Positions 1 to 9,724 of a stretch of 64,000 nucleotides of DNA are shown here, piece after piece. The notes below the pieces were generated by a model. That model did not search any database. It was not told the DNA's origin and was given only the letters and a program-made list of their open reading frames with translations. Origin of the DNA: an uncultured Rhodobacteraceae bacterium (GTDB taxonomy: Bacteria; Pseudomonadota; Alphaproteobacteria; Rhodobacterales; Rhodobacteraceae); NCBI GenBank assembly GCA_947501025.1, contig CANMUM010000003.1, forward strand, positions 68,683 through 132,682. The letters run 5' to 3'. Every line of letters starts with the position of its first letter. The stretch's first letter is position 1. Position numbers and translations under genes: made by a program.

Positions 1-745
1 CCATTTCTTGTCCACCAGCCATCATATCTTGAAGCTCTTCTGGCGTTATATCACCGCGTGCGGCTGTGCCCAAAGTTCGTCCGCGATTAAGGACTGTGAA
101 GCGATCTCCAACAGCCATTGCATGACGCACATTATGCGTTATGAAAACGACACCGACACCTTGCTTGCGAACACGATCAATCGTCGCCAAGACATTCGAC
201 GTTTGCCGCACACCAAGCGCGGAAGTCGGTTCATCGAGAATGAGAACCTTTGCGCCAAAATAAACCGCACGGGCAATCGCCACCGTCTGACGTTCACCAC
301 CAGAAAGCGTACCAACAGCCTGATCTGGACCACGAAGATTGATACCCATCTCTCGCATCGATTCCATCGTAGCTTCATTGGCCATTTCAACATCAAATCG
401 TTTAAATGGACCAACGCCCTTTGTTGGCTCACGACCCATAAAAAAGTTCCGTGTCACCGACATCAGAGGTATCATGGCAAGATCTTGGAAAACCGTCGCT
501 ATACCTGCCTCCATCGCATCGCGAGGACTGTTGAAGTTCATCTGTTTTTGTTCAAAATTAATCGTACCTTTCGTAGGTTTATGAACACCAGACATGGTTT
601 TAATAAAGGTTGATTTTCCTGCACCATTATCACCTAATAAACAATGGCATTCGCCTGGAAATATATCAAAACTGACACCTGCAAGCGCAATAATATTGCC
701 AAAGTGCTTTTCAATATTTTCCATATGTACAATGGGTTGTGTCAT
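1..745 (-). CDS. Sugar ABC transporter ATP-binding protein (single-cassette, FrcA-like); C-terminus runs off the left window edge
   Basis: It is absent from the ORF track because no stop lies in the window. My reverse-strand translation from ATG 745-743 reads [50 protein letters not shown]. This contains Walker A (GDNGAGKST), the signature LSGGERQ and Walker B (ILDEPTSAL). The plus-strand ORF 594..806 shows the classic antisense FPAP artefact. Confidence 0.85.
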   Translation of the reverse strand, partial: MTQPIVHMENIEKHFGNIIALAGVSFDIFPGECHCLLGDNGAGKSTFIKTMSGVHKPTKGTINFEQKQMNFNSPRDAMEAGIATVFQDLAMIPLMSVTRNFFMGREPTKGVGPFKRFDVEMANEATMESMREMGINLRGPDQAVGTLSGGERQTVAIARAVYFGAKVLILDEPTSALGVRQTSNVLATIDRVRKQGVGVVFITHNVRHAMAVGDRFTVLNRGRTLGTAARGDITPEELQDMMAGGQEM

Positions 746-746
746 C

Positions 747-1853
747 TTATCTCTCCCCAGTTGCGCGCTTACGCACATAGTTATTAAACAATACGGCAAC
801 CAATAGAATTCCACCCACGAAAACTTTATACCAGTCTTGGTCAAATCCTGTATAGGTCAGTCCAATCAGAACCATGCCGAATATGAGAGAACCTATAAAT
901 GCGCCAACAGCAGAACCATATCCACCTGTCAACAAGCAACCACCAATAACGGCTGCAATAATCGCTTCAAATTCTTTAAGAAGTCCACGAGAGCTATCTG
1001 CTGTACCAGCGTCCATGACAGTTGTAATCGCAACGAATGCAGCGCAAATCGCCGTAATAATAAATAAGACTGTTTTAACCAGTTTTACAGGAACACCAGA
1101 GTTTGCAGCAGCATTTGCATCTCCGCCAGCCGCAAAAATCCAGTTTCCAAATGGTGTGCGAACAAGTACATATGTTGCCAATAAAGTTATCACAACAAAC
1201 CAAATAATCTCAACGGGAATACCTGTTGCCTTCGGAGTGCCGTTCGCAAAAGTTGCAATCCAACCTCTTTCTGCGAGCCATAAAAATAAGCCACCAAATA
1301 CATCCCCTGAAAAAATTGGCGCAAGAAAATCCCCTTCCACCGCTTCTCTAACGCCACGCATCTGCGTTGTGCCGCCTGTAATCCATTTCACAAGAACAAG
1401 TGAAAGTCCGCGCAATGCGTATAAAAACGCCAAGGTCACAATAAATGAGGGAAGGCCAGTGCGAATAACAATCTGACCATTAATCATACCAATAGCACCA
1501 GCCACCAAAAGCGTTAATGGTATTGCGATAATTAAAGGTAAACCCGTATTGACCACAAGAAGCGCAAAGACGAGACCCGCAAACGCAACCATCGAACCAA
1601 GAGAGAGATCAAATTCTCCACCAATCATTAATAACGAAGCCCCAATAGCGAGTATGCCGATTTGCGCGGCTGGTTGTAGCCAGTTCAATGTCCCAGCGAG
1701 AGTAAACATGCTCGAATCTGCGGTTAACAAGAAAAATAGAAAAACAAGTATAAAACCGCCAAGAGCCCCAAGCTCTGGTCTTTTTAACATTCGTGCAAGC
1801 GCGGATTCTTTTTTCACCCGCTCATCAAGTATATTTGCATTCGTTTCAGACAT
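747..1853 (-). CDS. Sugar ABC transporter permease (ribose/fructose-type, about 10 TM)
   Basis: The 368-aa ORF is highly hydrophobic with a monosaccharide-permease layout. Its stop lies 1 nt from the ATPase start, and it sits in line with a periplasmic sugar-binding protein. Confidence 0.85.
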   Translation of the reverse strand: MSETNANILDERVKKESALARMLKRPELGALGGFILVFLFFLLTADSSMFTLAGTLNWLQPAAQIGILAIGASLLMIGGEFDLSLGSMVAFAGLVFALLVVNTGLPLIIAIPLTLLVAGAIGMINGQIVIRTGLPSFIVTLAFLYALRGLSLVLVKWITGGTTQMRGVREAVEGDFLAPIFSGDVFGGLFLWLAERGWIATFANGTPKATGIPVEIIWFVVITLLATYVLVRTPFGNWIFAAGGDANAAANSGVPVKLVKTVLFIITAICAAFVAITTVMDAGTADSSRGLLKEFEAIIAAVIGGCLLTGGYGSAVGAFIGSLIFGMVLIGLTYTGFDQDWYKVFVGGILLVAVLFNNYVRKRATGER

Positions 1854-1929
1854 AATTACCCCTTCTTAGCCCACTGCAATCTACAAATGAGCTGTATATT
1901 CGTGTAAAATTGATTAAAACTTAGTGAAC

Positions 1930-1950
1930 CAAGGGGCGATACGCCCCTTG
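1930..1950 (-). other. Intercistronic stem-loop between the binding-protein and permease genes
   Basis: CAAGGGGCG-ATA-CGCCCCTTG forms a perfect 9-bp stem with a 3-nt loop. No strong U-tract follows on the coding strand, so a processing/stability element or partial attenuator is more likely than a full terminator. Confidence 0.4.
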
Positions 1951-1966
1951 AGCATTGCTTAATGGC

Positions 1967-2887
1967 TTAGCGGATACCTTGTTCCGCAAGCTCCATAACT
2001 TGGCCAGCTTTGTCAGCTGTAATCAAATTTGGACCTGAAGGCACGTCACCACCTGGAACTGTACCATACTCTTTATTGAGCGCTAGGAATGTTACCGGCA
2101 AGTAGCCTTGAAGATACGGCTGTTGATCAATGCCAAACTCAGCTTTGCCATCAAGTACCATTTGCAAGAAATTTGCAGATAGATCAAATGATGCAACCTT
2201 AATATCACGACCCGATTCTTGAGCGGCTTCAACTGAAGGCTCACCAGCCAAAGAGGCACCAAGCGCCATGACTGTATCAACACTCTCATCAGAAGATAGG
2301 GCAGCCGCAACTTTTGATTTGATTTCAGCTGGATCATTTCCTGTTGGGAGCACAGAAACATCACCACCGAAGCCTTCTGCGAAACCTTCACAACGCTGAT
2401 CTAGTGCAACATTGCCAACCTCGTGGTTCACACAGATGCCTTTCTTTCCGCCAGCTTCCTTAAGCTGCATACCCGCAGCAAGACCTGCGTCATATTCAGC
2501 TTGACCAACGTGAAGAAGAACACCAAGAGAACCCGCAACATCACCACCTGAGTTCATAGAAATCACAGGAATACCAGCAGCAACAGCCTTTTCGATTGAT
2601 GGCCCAAGCGCGTCGCCATCAGGAATGGACACAACAAGCCCATCTGGCTCTTGGTTTATCGCAGCATCAATCAACTGACTCATTGCGATCATGTCAAAAG
2701 TCTCAGGCGCACGATAATCTACATTTGCACCCGTGTGCTCACCAGCAAGCTCTGCACCATTTTTTACGATTGCCCAAAACGGGTCATTGGCTTGGCCGTG
2801 AGAAACAACAATAATATCCGCGGCAAAAACAGCTGTCGACATCATTGTCGCAACAGCAGTCATAGCTATTTTTTTTGTAAAAGTCAT
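1967..2887 (-). CDS. Periplasmic sugar-binding protein of the ABC transporter (PBP type I)
   Basis: The ORF is 1967..2977. I place the start at the internal ATG at 2887, which is preceded by GGAGG (rc ctaacGGAGGattttATG). That start gives MTFTKKIAMTAVATMMSTAVFAADIIVVSHG, a signal peptide followed by a typical PBP N-terminus. Confidence 0.85.
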   Translation of the reverse strand: MTFTKKIAMTAVATMMSTAVFAADIIVVSHGQANDPFWAIVKNGAELAGEHTGANVDYRAPETFDMIAMSQLIDAAINQEPDGLVVSIPDGDALGPSIEKAVAAGIPVISMNSGGDVAGSLGVLLHVGQAEYDAGLAAGMQLKEAGGKKGICVNHEVGNVALDQRCEGFAEGFGGDVSVLPTGNDPAEIKSKVAAALSSDESVDTVMALGASLAGEPSVEAAQESGRDIKVASFDLSANFLQMVLDGKAEFGIDQQPYLQGYLPVTFLALNKEYGTVPGGDVPSGPNLITADKAGQVMELAEQGIR

Positions 2888-3003
2888 AAAATCCTCCGTT
2901 AGACTATTTTCAGAATAATGAGATGGTTTGAACGACTCAGCTGTTCTTCCATCTACGTAATGGAATATTCGTTCCATTTGATACCAATGTCAACATATTT
3001 TTT

Positions 3004-3822
3004 CTAAATCTGCTCGCGCGCATTTCCAACCGAGACAGCCAATGCCATTGCAAGGTTTATAGAAGCCGACAATGAACGAAAATCGCCAACATCGACATCA
3101 ACAACCTTTAGCAAAATGACACCATCCATATTCACAGGACTAATTTCTGTATCGGTAAGAGCAATCACTGTTGCGCCCTTCTCTAAGGCCTTTTCCACAA
3201 ATTCGATTGTACCTGCGGTATAGGGTGCAAAAGTAGCTGCGATAACCACATCACCATCGCGAATTGCACTATATTTGGACACTTTACCGACATCATCATG
3301 GCATATATTAGGCACATGAAGCTTCTCAAGCGTGTATGACAAACAAGAAGCAATCGGGAAAGCGCGGCGATAACCGACAATGTGAATCATTTCGGTTCGA
3401 GCCAACAAATCAACAGCATGATCCAAATTTTTTATGTTAATTTCACTCGTCATTTTTTCAAGCGAGAAACGCCCCGCTTCAACAAATTCCGCAAGAAGCT
3501 TGCTCGCTGACAAATCCCCCTTGGCTTGTAAATTTGAAAGGCGCGTAGCATAATCAGGAGCGGCCTTACTCACTTCCTTGCGAAAGATTTTTTGCATCTC
3601 ACTATAGCCACTTAATCCAAGCTGACTACAAAAACGCATCATTGCAGATGGTTGCACATTCGCCATCGTAGAAATTTCGGCCACCGTCGAAAACGCAATT
3701 TGGTCATGATGAGACACAATAAATTCACCGCATTGACGCATACGACCAGGCAGATCAGGTAATATTTTTCTGATTTTTTCTAAAATATCATTCCCAGATT
3801 TTAACTGTTCTTTATTTTGCAT
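3004..3822 (-). CDS. MurR/RpiR-family transcriptional regulator (HTH + SIS domain), IolR-like by context
   Basis: The N-terminal HTH_6-like segment reads STVAEISTMANVQPSAMMRFCSQLGLSGYSEMQ, and the C-terminal part is SIS-like. The start is taken at MQNKEQL (3822). In rhizobia the inositol regulator IolR belongs to the RpiR family. Confidence 0.8.
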   Translation of the reverse strand: MQNKEQLKSGNDILEKIRKILPDLPGRMRQCGEFIVSHHDQIAFSTVAEISTMANVQPSAMMRFCSQLGLSGYSEMQKIFRKEVSKAAPDYATRLSNLQAKGDLSASKLLAEFVEAGRFSLEKMTSEINIKNLDHAVDLLARTEMIHIVGYRRAFPIASCLSYTLEKLHVPNICHDDVGKVSKYSAIRDGDVVIAATFAPYTAGTIEFVEKALEKGATVIALTDTEISPVNMDGVILLKVVDVDVGDFRSLSASINLAMALAVSVGNAREQI

Positions 3823-3902
3823 ATTTAATTTTGCCTCAGATTTGGAATATTTATTCCATTTTGCACAAAATGAGCGACTTTGCAAAACACAGCTTGTTCT
3901 AC

Positions 3903-4655
3903 TTAGATCGAACCCGCTTCAACACGAAAATCACTTGCACTGCATTGCGCCGCATCATCACTTGCCAAAAACAATGCCATCCGCGCGATATAAACGGGCT
4001 GAACCGCATCAGGCAAACATCTGCGCTCCCCGTCACGCTTAATCGCTTCTTCGGTGACCCATAATTCAAGCTGTCGATCGGTCATTGTCCAACCAGGGAC
4101 AATACAGTTAACGCGTATGCGGTGCTCGCCAAGATCACGCGCCATTGTTCGGGTTAACCCATGAACCGCAGATTTCGCTGTCGCATAAATCGGAAAACCA
4201 CCGCCTGCTTTCCACCAGCTATCTGAACCCACATTCACAATTGAACCCTCACCTTTTTCGATCATATCAGGCGCAATCGCCTGCATCGCAAAAAACATGT
4301 GGCGCAAATTGGTAGCCATGCGCTCATCAAAATATTCTGGGGTCACATCACGCCAATCATGGCGGTCATCTCGTGCCGCATTATTCACAAGAATATCAAC
4401 CGTCCCTAGACGGCCTCGCAAGAGATCAACAGCAGCTTTAAGAGCATCAATGTCACGCAAATCCGCATGAGCGAATTCTACATTTTCACTTGAACCCGCG
4501 AGCGCTTCACCAGCCTCTTGATCCATATCGATAAACCCAACACGCGCGCCCTGCTCCGCAAAAGCATGGACAATCTCTTTCCCAATTCCACTAGCTCCAC
4601 CCGTGATTATAACAACTTTATTGTTCAAACTTGGATAAATGGCAAATTGACTCAT
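3903..4655 (-). CDS. SDR-family oxidoreductase
   Basis: It has the TGGASGIGKE Rossmann motif, an NNAA motif, and a YxxxK context (YATAKSAVHGLTR). It overlaps the upstream aldolase gene by 4 nt. Confidence 0.85.
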   Translation of the reverse strand: MSQFAIYPSLNNKVVIITGGASGIGKEIVHAFAEQGARVGFIDMDQEAGEALAGSSENVEFAHADLRDIDALKAAVDLLRGRLGTVDILVNNAARDDRHDWRDVTPEYFDERMATNLRHMFFAMQAIAPDMIEKGEGSIVNVGSDSWWKAGGGFPIYATAKSAVHGLTRTMARDLGEHRIRVNCIVPGWTMTDRQLELWVTEEAIKRDGERRCLPDAVQPVYIARMALFLASDDAAQCSASDFRVEAGSI

Positions 4656-5470
4656 TTAAGCTCTCGCAATTCTTTAATCACAGCTCGCACTGCGCCAACC
4701 AATGCGGGGTGGATCGCATTTGATATCGCCATATGATCGAATATTTCTTTATCATCTGCAAGAGTTTTGCGCAGCGACTGTCCATAAACTTGGCGAATTT
4801 CTGTACCGATATTAAACTTACGCACACCAAGTTCTTTGGCCATTCGAATACGGTCTTCTACCAAAAGACCCGAACCGCCATGTATGGCCAAGTTCTTGTT
4901 TAGCTTCGCGATTTCGCTCAACAAGTCCCATTTCGGCTTTGCTTGCGTATCTGTTTGTAAATGCACATTTCCAACCGAAACCGCCATAAAGTCAACTTCG
5001 GTTTCCTTTGCAAAAATCTTGGCCTCCTGGGGATCAGTGCCTAAAGATTCTGCTCCGCTGGCATATCCCACATAACCAATCTCACCTTCCGAACTTGCCC
5101 CATAGGCACGCGCACGTTTTGCCACCTCGCATGTGATTTTTATGTTGTCTTCAAGTGGCAATCTTGATCCATCATACATCACAGAGCTAAATCCGAGATC
5201 AAGGGCTTGCTGAACCTCATCAAGTGAAGCGCCATGATCAAGATGTACAGCGATTGGTATCGTGCTATTTTGAGCTGCGGTCATCAGCATCTTTGCCCAA
5301 ATCTCTAGGGGCATAAATTGGCGCGCACCTGGCCCTACCATGAGCGCCACAGGTGTATGTTCATACTCCGCAGCTTCCACAAATGCGCGCACTTCTTCCC
5401 ACCCCAAACACACCAATCCCGCTATAGCTGGTGTATGATGTAATAATGTGTTGAGGTTTGCCAGCGTCAT
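4652..5470 (-). CDS. Class II fructose-bisphosphate aldolase family protein; IolJ-like (6-phospho-5-dehydro-2-deoxy-D-gluconate aldolase) by context
   Basis: AVHLDHGASLDEVQQALDLGFSSVMYDGS and HGGSG are typical of the FBA_II/KbaY/IolJ family. The gene is translationally coupled between iolB and the SDR. Confidence 0.7.
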   Translation of the reverse strand: MTLANLNTLLHHTPAIAGLVCLGWEEVRAFVEAAEYEHTPVALMVGPGARQFMPLEIWAKMLMTAAQNSTIPIAVHLDHGASLDEVQQALDLGFSSVMYDGSRLPLEDNIKITCEVAKRARAYGASSEGEIGYVGYASGAESLGTDPQEAKIFAKETEVDFMAVSVGNVHLQTDTQAKPKWDLLSEIAKLNKNLAIHGGSGLLVEDRIRMAKELGVRKFNIGTEIRQVYGQSLRKTLADDKEIFDHMAISNAIHPALVGAVRAVIKELRELK

Positions 5471-6306
5471 TTAAACTTCGCAATCATGTCTTTAATTCCA
5501 GGAATTGTCTCGACCTGATATGCGTGTGTCGGCTGGAAATATTGTTTCAGTGATCTTTGAGAAAGCCCGCCCAAAATTGTGAAGTAATACATCTCATAAC
5601 CAGGCAACGCACAGCAGGGATGGTACCCCTTATCAATACAGAAAGTTGAGCCATCAACCACATGATAGGCATCGCCAACCTCTCCATCTTCACGCTGAAG
5701 CATTTGCAAACCCGAGCCATGATTGGGCTTAAACCTAAAATTATAAGTCTCGTCATGGCGTGTCTCATCTGGCAAGCGATCCGTGTCATGCTTATGTGAT
5801 GGAAAACCCGACCAGCCACCAGCTCCGACCGTATAAAGCTCACTCACAAGCAGTCTGCCCACTTTATCCTTCTGCTTTTGGCCGAGAATATGCTTAATTT
5901 TTCTATGTGTTTTTGTATCATCTGACCCATATTGAACCAAATCAATTTCATCTCGCCTCACATCAAACGGCTCGAATGTCTGATCAAATTTTGCGCCCGC
6001 AATAAAAATCTCGGCCGCGTCACTTTTGCAAGTTATCTCTGCTTCGCGCGCAGTTGGAATATAAACCCCCTCTGGCTCGCCATCCCAAACATCATCACCA
6101 CGCCCACCAATCTCTGCAAATCGCACGCCACAATCCACATCAATCAAACCCGTAGCAGGTGCAATACACGTTTCAAACTCATCAAGTTTATAGCGGAAGG
6201 TTTCGCCCTTTTTGAGCTTTACAATATTGAAATAATTCAGCGGAACAGTTTCATTATCCACATCAACGATGGGCTTATTTTGGTTATCAAACGGCGGTAT
6301 ATGCAT
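5467..6306 (-). CDS. iolB: 5-deoxy-glucuronate isomerase
   Basis: The 279-aa cupin carries GGWSGFPSHKHD...LPDE..ETYNF and GYHP..PGYEMYY..ILGG, matching the B. subtilis IolB pattern (from memory). Confidence 0.85.
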   Translation of the reverse strand: MHIPPFDNQNKPIVDVDNETVPLNYFNIVKLKKGETFRYKLDEFETCIAPATGLIDVDCGVRFAEIGGRGDDVWDGEPEGVYIPTAREAEITCKSDAAEIFIAGAKFDQTFEPFDVRRDEIDLVQYGSDDTKTHRKIKHILGQKQKDKVGRLLVSELYTVGAGGWSGFPSHKHDTDRLPDETRHDETYNFRFKPNHGSGLQMLQREDGEVGDAYHVVDGSTFCIDKGYHPCCALPGYEMYYFTILGGLSQRSLKQYFQPTHAYQVETIPGIKDMIAKFK

Positions 6307-6308
6307 AA

Positions 6309-7220
6309 CTATAATCTCCTTGATATGAATTCATTTAATTCTGATCGTGTTGCCATTGCTGATGAACAAGCAGGTCTTGAAACAACGATTGCGGCATTGG
6401 CCGCCCCTTCTTGCACAGCGCGCTCAATTGGCTTTTCATCGGCAAGTGCTGCGAGCATTCCTGATAAAAACGCATCACCCGCACCAACTGGTTTGAGTGC
6501 ATCAACTTCAAAAATTGGCGTTTCAAAACTATCACCTTTTACAAAAGATTTTGCTCCCAATGCACCCATCTTATAAATGGCCACTTTTTCTTGCCCATAT
6601 GCCCTTGCCGCTTCAATACCACCAACAAGATCAAATTCTTCATCATTGCCGACAACCATATCGCAAAGCGCCATTGCCGCAGTAAAAACATCCTTAGGTA
6701 CTTCATTGACCCACGCCGCTTTTCGGTAATCCAGATCAAGAACAGCATATTTCGCGCGGCGCATGGCTTCCATAGCAGCGCTTCTTGAGGGCTCCGCTGA
6801 TAAAGCTGTACCGGTTAAGACCAACACATCAACCTTATCAAAATCCACCTGATCAATATGCTCTATATTCAGAGCGAGATCAGCTGCATTATTGCGATAA
6901 ATCACAACCTCAAAATCATCCAAACGGTTTTCCGCAAGCGCAAGATTTGTATTGGTTCCCGCAGGAGCGGTGTATAAATATGATGCGCCGATACCATAAT
7001 GCGCGCATTGCTCTTTCACAAATTCGCCGACTGGATCATCCGAAACCAAGCTCAATATGTCGACCTCTTGATTTAAGCGCGCGAGACCCGCAGCGATATT
7101 TCCAGACGATCCACCAAGAGCTGGCTTCAATAATTCGGCATGTGAAATCTTGCTCCGAGCTTCTGGGTACAAATCCATACCAACGCGACCAAGCACACAA
7201 AAACGGCTACCTTTAAACAT
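6309..7220 (-). CDS. iolC: 5-dehydro-2-deoxygluconokinase (PfkB family)
   Basis: It has the GRVGMDLYPE N-terminus, the PfkB motif VGAGDAFLSG, and a position directly upstream of iolB. Confidence 0.8.
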   Translation of the reverse strand: MFKGSRFCVLGRVGMDLYPEARSKISHAELLKPALGGSSGNIAAGLARLNQEVDILSLVSDDPVGEFVKEQCAHYGIGASYLYTAPAGTNTNLALAENRLDDFEVVIYRNNAADLALNIEHIDQVDFDKVDVLVLTGTALSAEPSRSAAMEAMRRAKYAVLDLDYRKAAWVNEVPKDVFTAAMALCDMVVGNDEEFDLVGGIEAARAYGQEKVAIYKMGALGAKSFVKGDSFETPIFEVDALKPVGAGDAFLSGMLAALADEKPIERAVQEGAANAAIVVSRPACSSAMATRSELNEFISRRL

Positions 7221-7318
7221 ATGACCTCACGGAAAAACTCCCAGAATAGATTTTTTATTTTGCTTTACTTCAAAAATGAAATATTTATTCTATTATAAAT
7301 AAAAAGGTGCGATTCGCA

Positions 7319-8440
7319 ATGGTAGATTCAAATCAAACACTTCATATCGGAATTATTGGCGGCGGTTATATGGGTAAAGCTCACGCAGTTGCCTATGCCG
7401 CGGTCGGGGCAGCTTTTGAAACAAAGCTCCGCCCAAAGTTAGAAATGGTAGCCGCACGGACACAAGAAACCGCGCGCGATTATCAGAAAAAATTTGGGTT
7501 TGAACGCTCAACGGATAATTGGCATGAACTGGTATCCGATCCAAAAATTGATGCGGTTATTATAGCAAGCCCCCCCGAAACGCACAGAGAAATAACACTT
7601 GAAGCATTTGCCAATGGCAAGCATGTGTTTTGTGAAAAACCGCTTGGCGCATCCATTCAAGACGGCTTGGATATGATAGAAGCTGCTGCAAATGCACCCA
7701 AGCTCGCCAATATGGTTGGCTTTAATTACATCCGCACCCCTGCTGCCCAATTTATTCGACAAATGCTCGCTGCAAATGAAATCGGCGATATTACATATTT
7801 TCGCGCCGAGATGCATGAAGACTTCATGGCATCATCATCGGCCGAATGGACATGGCGCTCAGAAGGCGATTCAAATGGTGCATTGGGCGATCTTGCACCC
7901 CATGTATTCAACATGACCCTCGCATTGATGGGGCCTATTAAACGATTAAACGGTGAAATTGGAACCATATTCAAAACACGTCCTTATAAGGGCGAGACGC
8001 GCGCCGTAACGAATGATGATCGCGGACAATTTATGTGTGAATTTGAAACAGGCACGCGTGGGCATGTCAGCTTCAATCGCGCCGCACTTGGTCGCAAGAT
8101 GGGTTATGCATTTGAAATTTTCGGCACAAAAGGGTCCATTCGTTTCGACCAAGAAGATCAAAATGCAATTTGGCTTTATCGAGAAGATGGTAATGAGCGC
8201 GAGCAGGGCTTTAAAAAAATTCTCACAAATCCTTCACACCCCGATTATGTGAATTTCAATTTGGGCGCAGGCCACGGAACAGGATATCAAGATCAGATCA
8301 TCATTGAAGCGCGTGATTTTTTGAACGCAATTGAAACTGGGAAAACAATCTGGCCGAGCTTTGCCGATGGTCATGAATGCAACAAAATTGCTGCTGCATT
8401 GCGAAAATCAAACGATAAAGGCACGTGGGTGGAGCTATAA
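7319..8440 (+). CDS. Gfo/Idh/MocA-family NAD(P)-dependent oxidoreductase (possible inositol dehydrogenase)
   Basis: IGIIGGGYMGKAHA is the Rossmann motif and EKP is present (FCEKPLG). It is divergent from iolC. The track ORF starts at GTG 7307; I prefer ATG 7319, which has AAGG upstream. Confidence 0.8.
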   Translation: MVDSNQTLHIGIIGGGYMGKAHAVAYAAVGAAFETKLRPKLEMVAARTQETARDYQKKFGFERSTDNWHELVSDPKIDAVIIASPPETHREITLEAFANGKHVFCEKPLGASIQDGLDMIEAAANAPKLANMVGFNYIRTPAAQFIRQMLAANEIGDITYFRAEMHEDFMASSSAEWTWRSEGDSNGALGDLAPHVFNMTLALMGPIKRLNGEIGTIFKTRPYKGETRAVTNDDRGQFMCEFETGTRGHVSFNRAALGRKMGYAFEIFGTKGSIRFDQEDQNAIWLYREDGNEREQGFKKILTNPSHPDYVNFNLGAGHGTGYQDQIIIEARDFLNAIETGKTIWPSFADGHECNKIAAALRKSNDKGTWVEL

Positions 8441-8604
8441 TAAAATATGATTGCGGACCTCAAAATAGCTTAAGCGAGACTATGAGTTCTATAGAAAATA
8501 GATAGCAATTCTGTGATGATTCTGAAGAAAAGCTCTAATTCCTCTTGATTTATATACGCAAGGCTCGCATTGTGTGGAGGTCAATTAAATAATGGGAGAC
8601 AAAA

Positions 8605-8946
8605 ATGAGCAAAAGAGATGAGCTTATCGCGCTTTATGCGGAAGATTTGAAATCAAAATGCGGCGTGACACCAGATATGGATCTACTCACAAAGGTAACG
8701 ATTGGCTGCGGCCCTTCGATCTACAATGCGGACGCCTCAACTGTTGCTGGTTCACAACAAAGCGAACTTGAAACCGTAAAAAATAACTTCCTTATCAAGA
8801 AGCTCGGCGTTTCGGCATCTGAAGACCTTGATGGTGCCATTGCGAAAGTTATCGATCAATATGGCAAATCAAACCGCAACAAATACCGCGCTGTGATTTA
8901 CTATCTTCTCACTAAGCATTTCGGAAAAGAAGCCGTTTATAAATAA
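8605..8946 (+). CDS. Small conserved hypothetical protein (resembles DUF2853 family from memory)
   Basis: The 113-aa soluble protein contains GCGPSIYNADASTVAGSQQSELETVKNNFLIKKLG and ends YYLLTKHFGKEAVYK. A GGGAGA RBS lies upstream. Confidence 0.55.
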   Translation: MSKRDELIALYAEDLKSKCGVTPDMDLLTKVTIGCGPSIYNADASTVAGSQQSELETVKNNFLIKKLGVSASEDLDGAIAKVIDQYGKSNRNKYRAVIYYLLTKHFGKEAVYK

Positions 8947-8967
8947 GCGTTGCAAATTTCTGGAAAT

Positions 8968-8996
8968 GGGCGGGTTAATCCCCGCCTTTTTTGTTT
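8968..8996 (+). terminator. Rho-independent terminator after the DUF2853-like gene
   Basis: GGGCGGG-TTAAT-CCCCGCC is followed by TTTTTTGTTTT. Confidence 0.65.
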
Positions 8997-9002
8997 TCTA
9001 TG

Positions 9003-9032
9003 CTTGAAATCCACTCAATAAATTCACATATA
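9003..9032 (+). promoter_or_regulatory. Candidate sigma-32 (RpoH) promoter of the hsp20-DUF1150 unit
   Basis: CTTGAAA-N15-CACATATA compares with the E. coli-type consensus CTTGAAA-N13-17-CCCCATNT. It lies about 50 nt upstream of the hsp20 ATG. Confidence 0.4.
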
Positions 9033-9085
9033 TTTACCAAAGGTGCCATATTGGGCCGCAACCTGTTGCTTAAAAGGACAGATAT

Positions 9086-9499
9086 ATGACGAAGATTTCA
9101 TTTGCGACACATCCCTATTTGTTAGGGTTCGATCAGCTTGACCGCTTAGTCGAACGCACGGCTAAACACGCAAACGATAGTTACCCACCCTATAATATTG
9201 AAGCCCTCTCTAAAGTGCATTACCGCATTACCATTGCTCTTGCAGGCTTTAGCGAGGACGACATCGAAATTCTGCTTGAAGCCAATCAACTCATGATCCG
9301 TGGCAATCAAAAAGATACAAATCCTGAGCGGGTTTTTCTTCACCGTGGCATTGCAACACGGCAATTTCAACGGGCATTTGTGCTTGCAGATGGCGTAAAT
9401 ATCGGCGAAGCTTCGATGGAAAATGGGTTGCTGCATATTGAGCTTGAGCGCGAAATACCTGAGAGCATAACAAAAACAATTCCGATAAATAAAAAATAG
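9086..9499 (+). CDS. ibpA: Small heat-shock protein, Hsp20/IbpA family
   Basis: The alpha-crystallin domain reads YPPYNIEALSKVHYRITIALAGFSEDDIEILLEANQLMIRG...FLHRGIATRQFQRAFVLADGV...ENGLLHIELERE. Confidence 0.9.
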   Translation: MTKISFATHPYLLGFDQLDRLVERTAKHANDSYPPYNIEALSKVHYRITIALAGFSEDDIEILLEANQLMIRGNQKDTNPERVFLHRGIATRQFQRAFVLADGVNIGEASMENGLLHIELEREIPESITKTIPINKK

Positions 9500-9508
9500 G
9501 AGGCAGAT

Positions 9509-9724
9509 ATGGATATAACGAAAGACAACACTTCAAAACCCGCCTATGTCAAAGAGGTCGCTGTTGCCGATCTCCCCACTGAAATGCAAGAAGAGCTTTC
9601 AGGAGTTGAAACACTATTCGGTATTTATGATGACAAAGGCACACAACTCGCACTTGTCAATGATCAACGCCTTGCCTTCTCACTGGCTCGTGAAAACGAC
9701 TACCAACCTTATTCATTAAACTAA
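9509..9724 (+). CDS. DUF1150-family protein (commonly paired with hsp20 in alphaproteobacteria)
   Basis: The 71-aa protein reads ...YVKEVAVADLPTEM...LFGIYDDKGTQLALVNDQRLAFSLARENDYQPYSLN. It starts 9 nt after hsp20, with a GGAGG RBS. Confidence 0.7.
   Translation: MDITKDNTSKPAYVKEVAVADLPTEMQEELSGVETLFGIYDDKGTQLALVNDQRLAFSLARENDYQPYSLN

Noticed and set aside
8-613. 201-aa plus-strand ORF at the left edge (also 339..584 and 594..806)
   Set aside because: These are antisense shadows of the ABC ATPase gene. The translation is Arg/His/Thr-rich low-complexity sequence. ORF 594..806 shows the DFPAPLSP artefact produced by reading a Walker A region backwards.
874-1476. 200-aa plus-strand ORF inside the permease gene
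   Set aside because: It is antisense to a convincing ABC permease. It has a Pro/Thr/Ala-rich composition with no motifs.
5932-6576. 214-aa plus-strand ORF spanning the iolB/iolC junction
   Set aside because: It runs antisense across two well-supported genes and their boundary. It has no RBS and no recognisable domain.
9033-9085. ROSE or fourU RNA thermometer in the hsp20 leader
   Set aside because: The leader is only ~50 nt if the proposed promoter is right. I could find only a 4-bp CTGT/ACAG pairing near the SD, which is far short of a ROSE-type structure.
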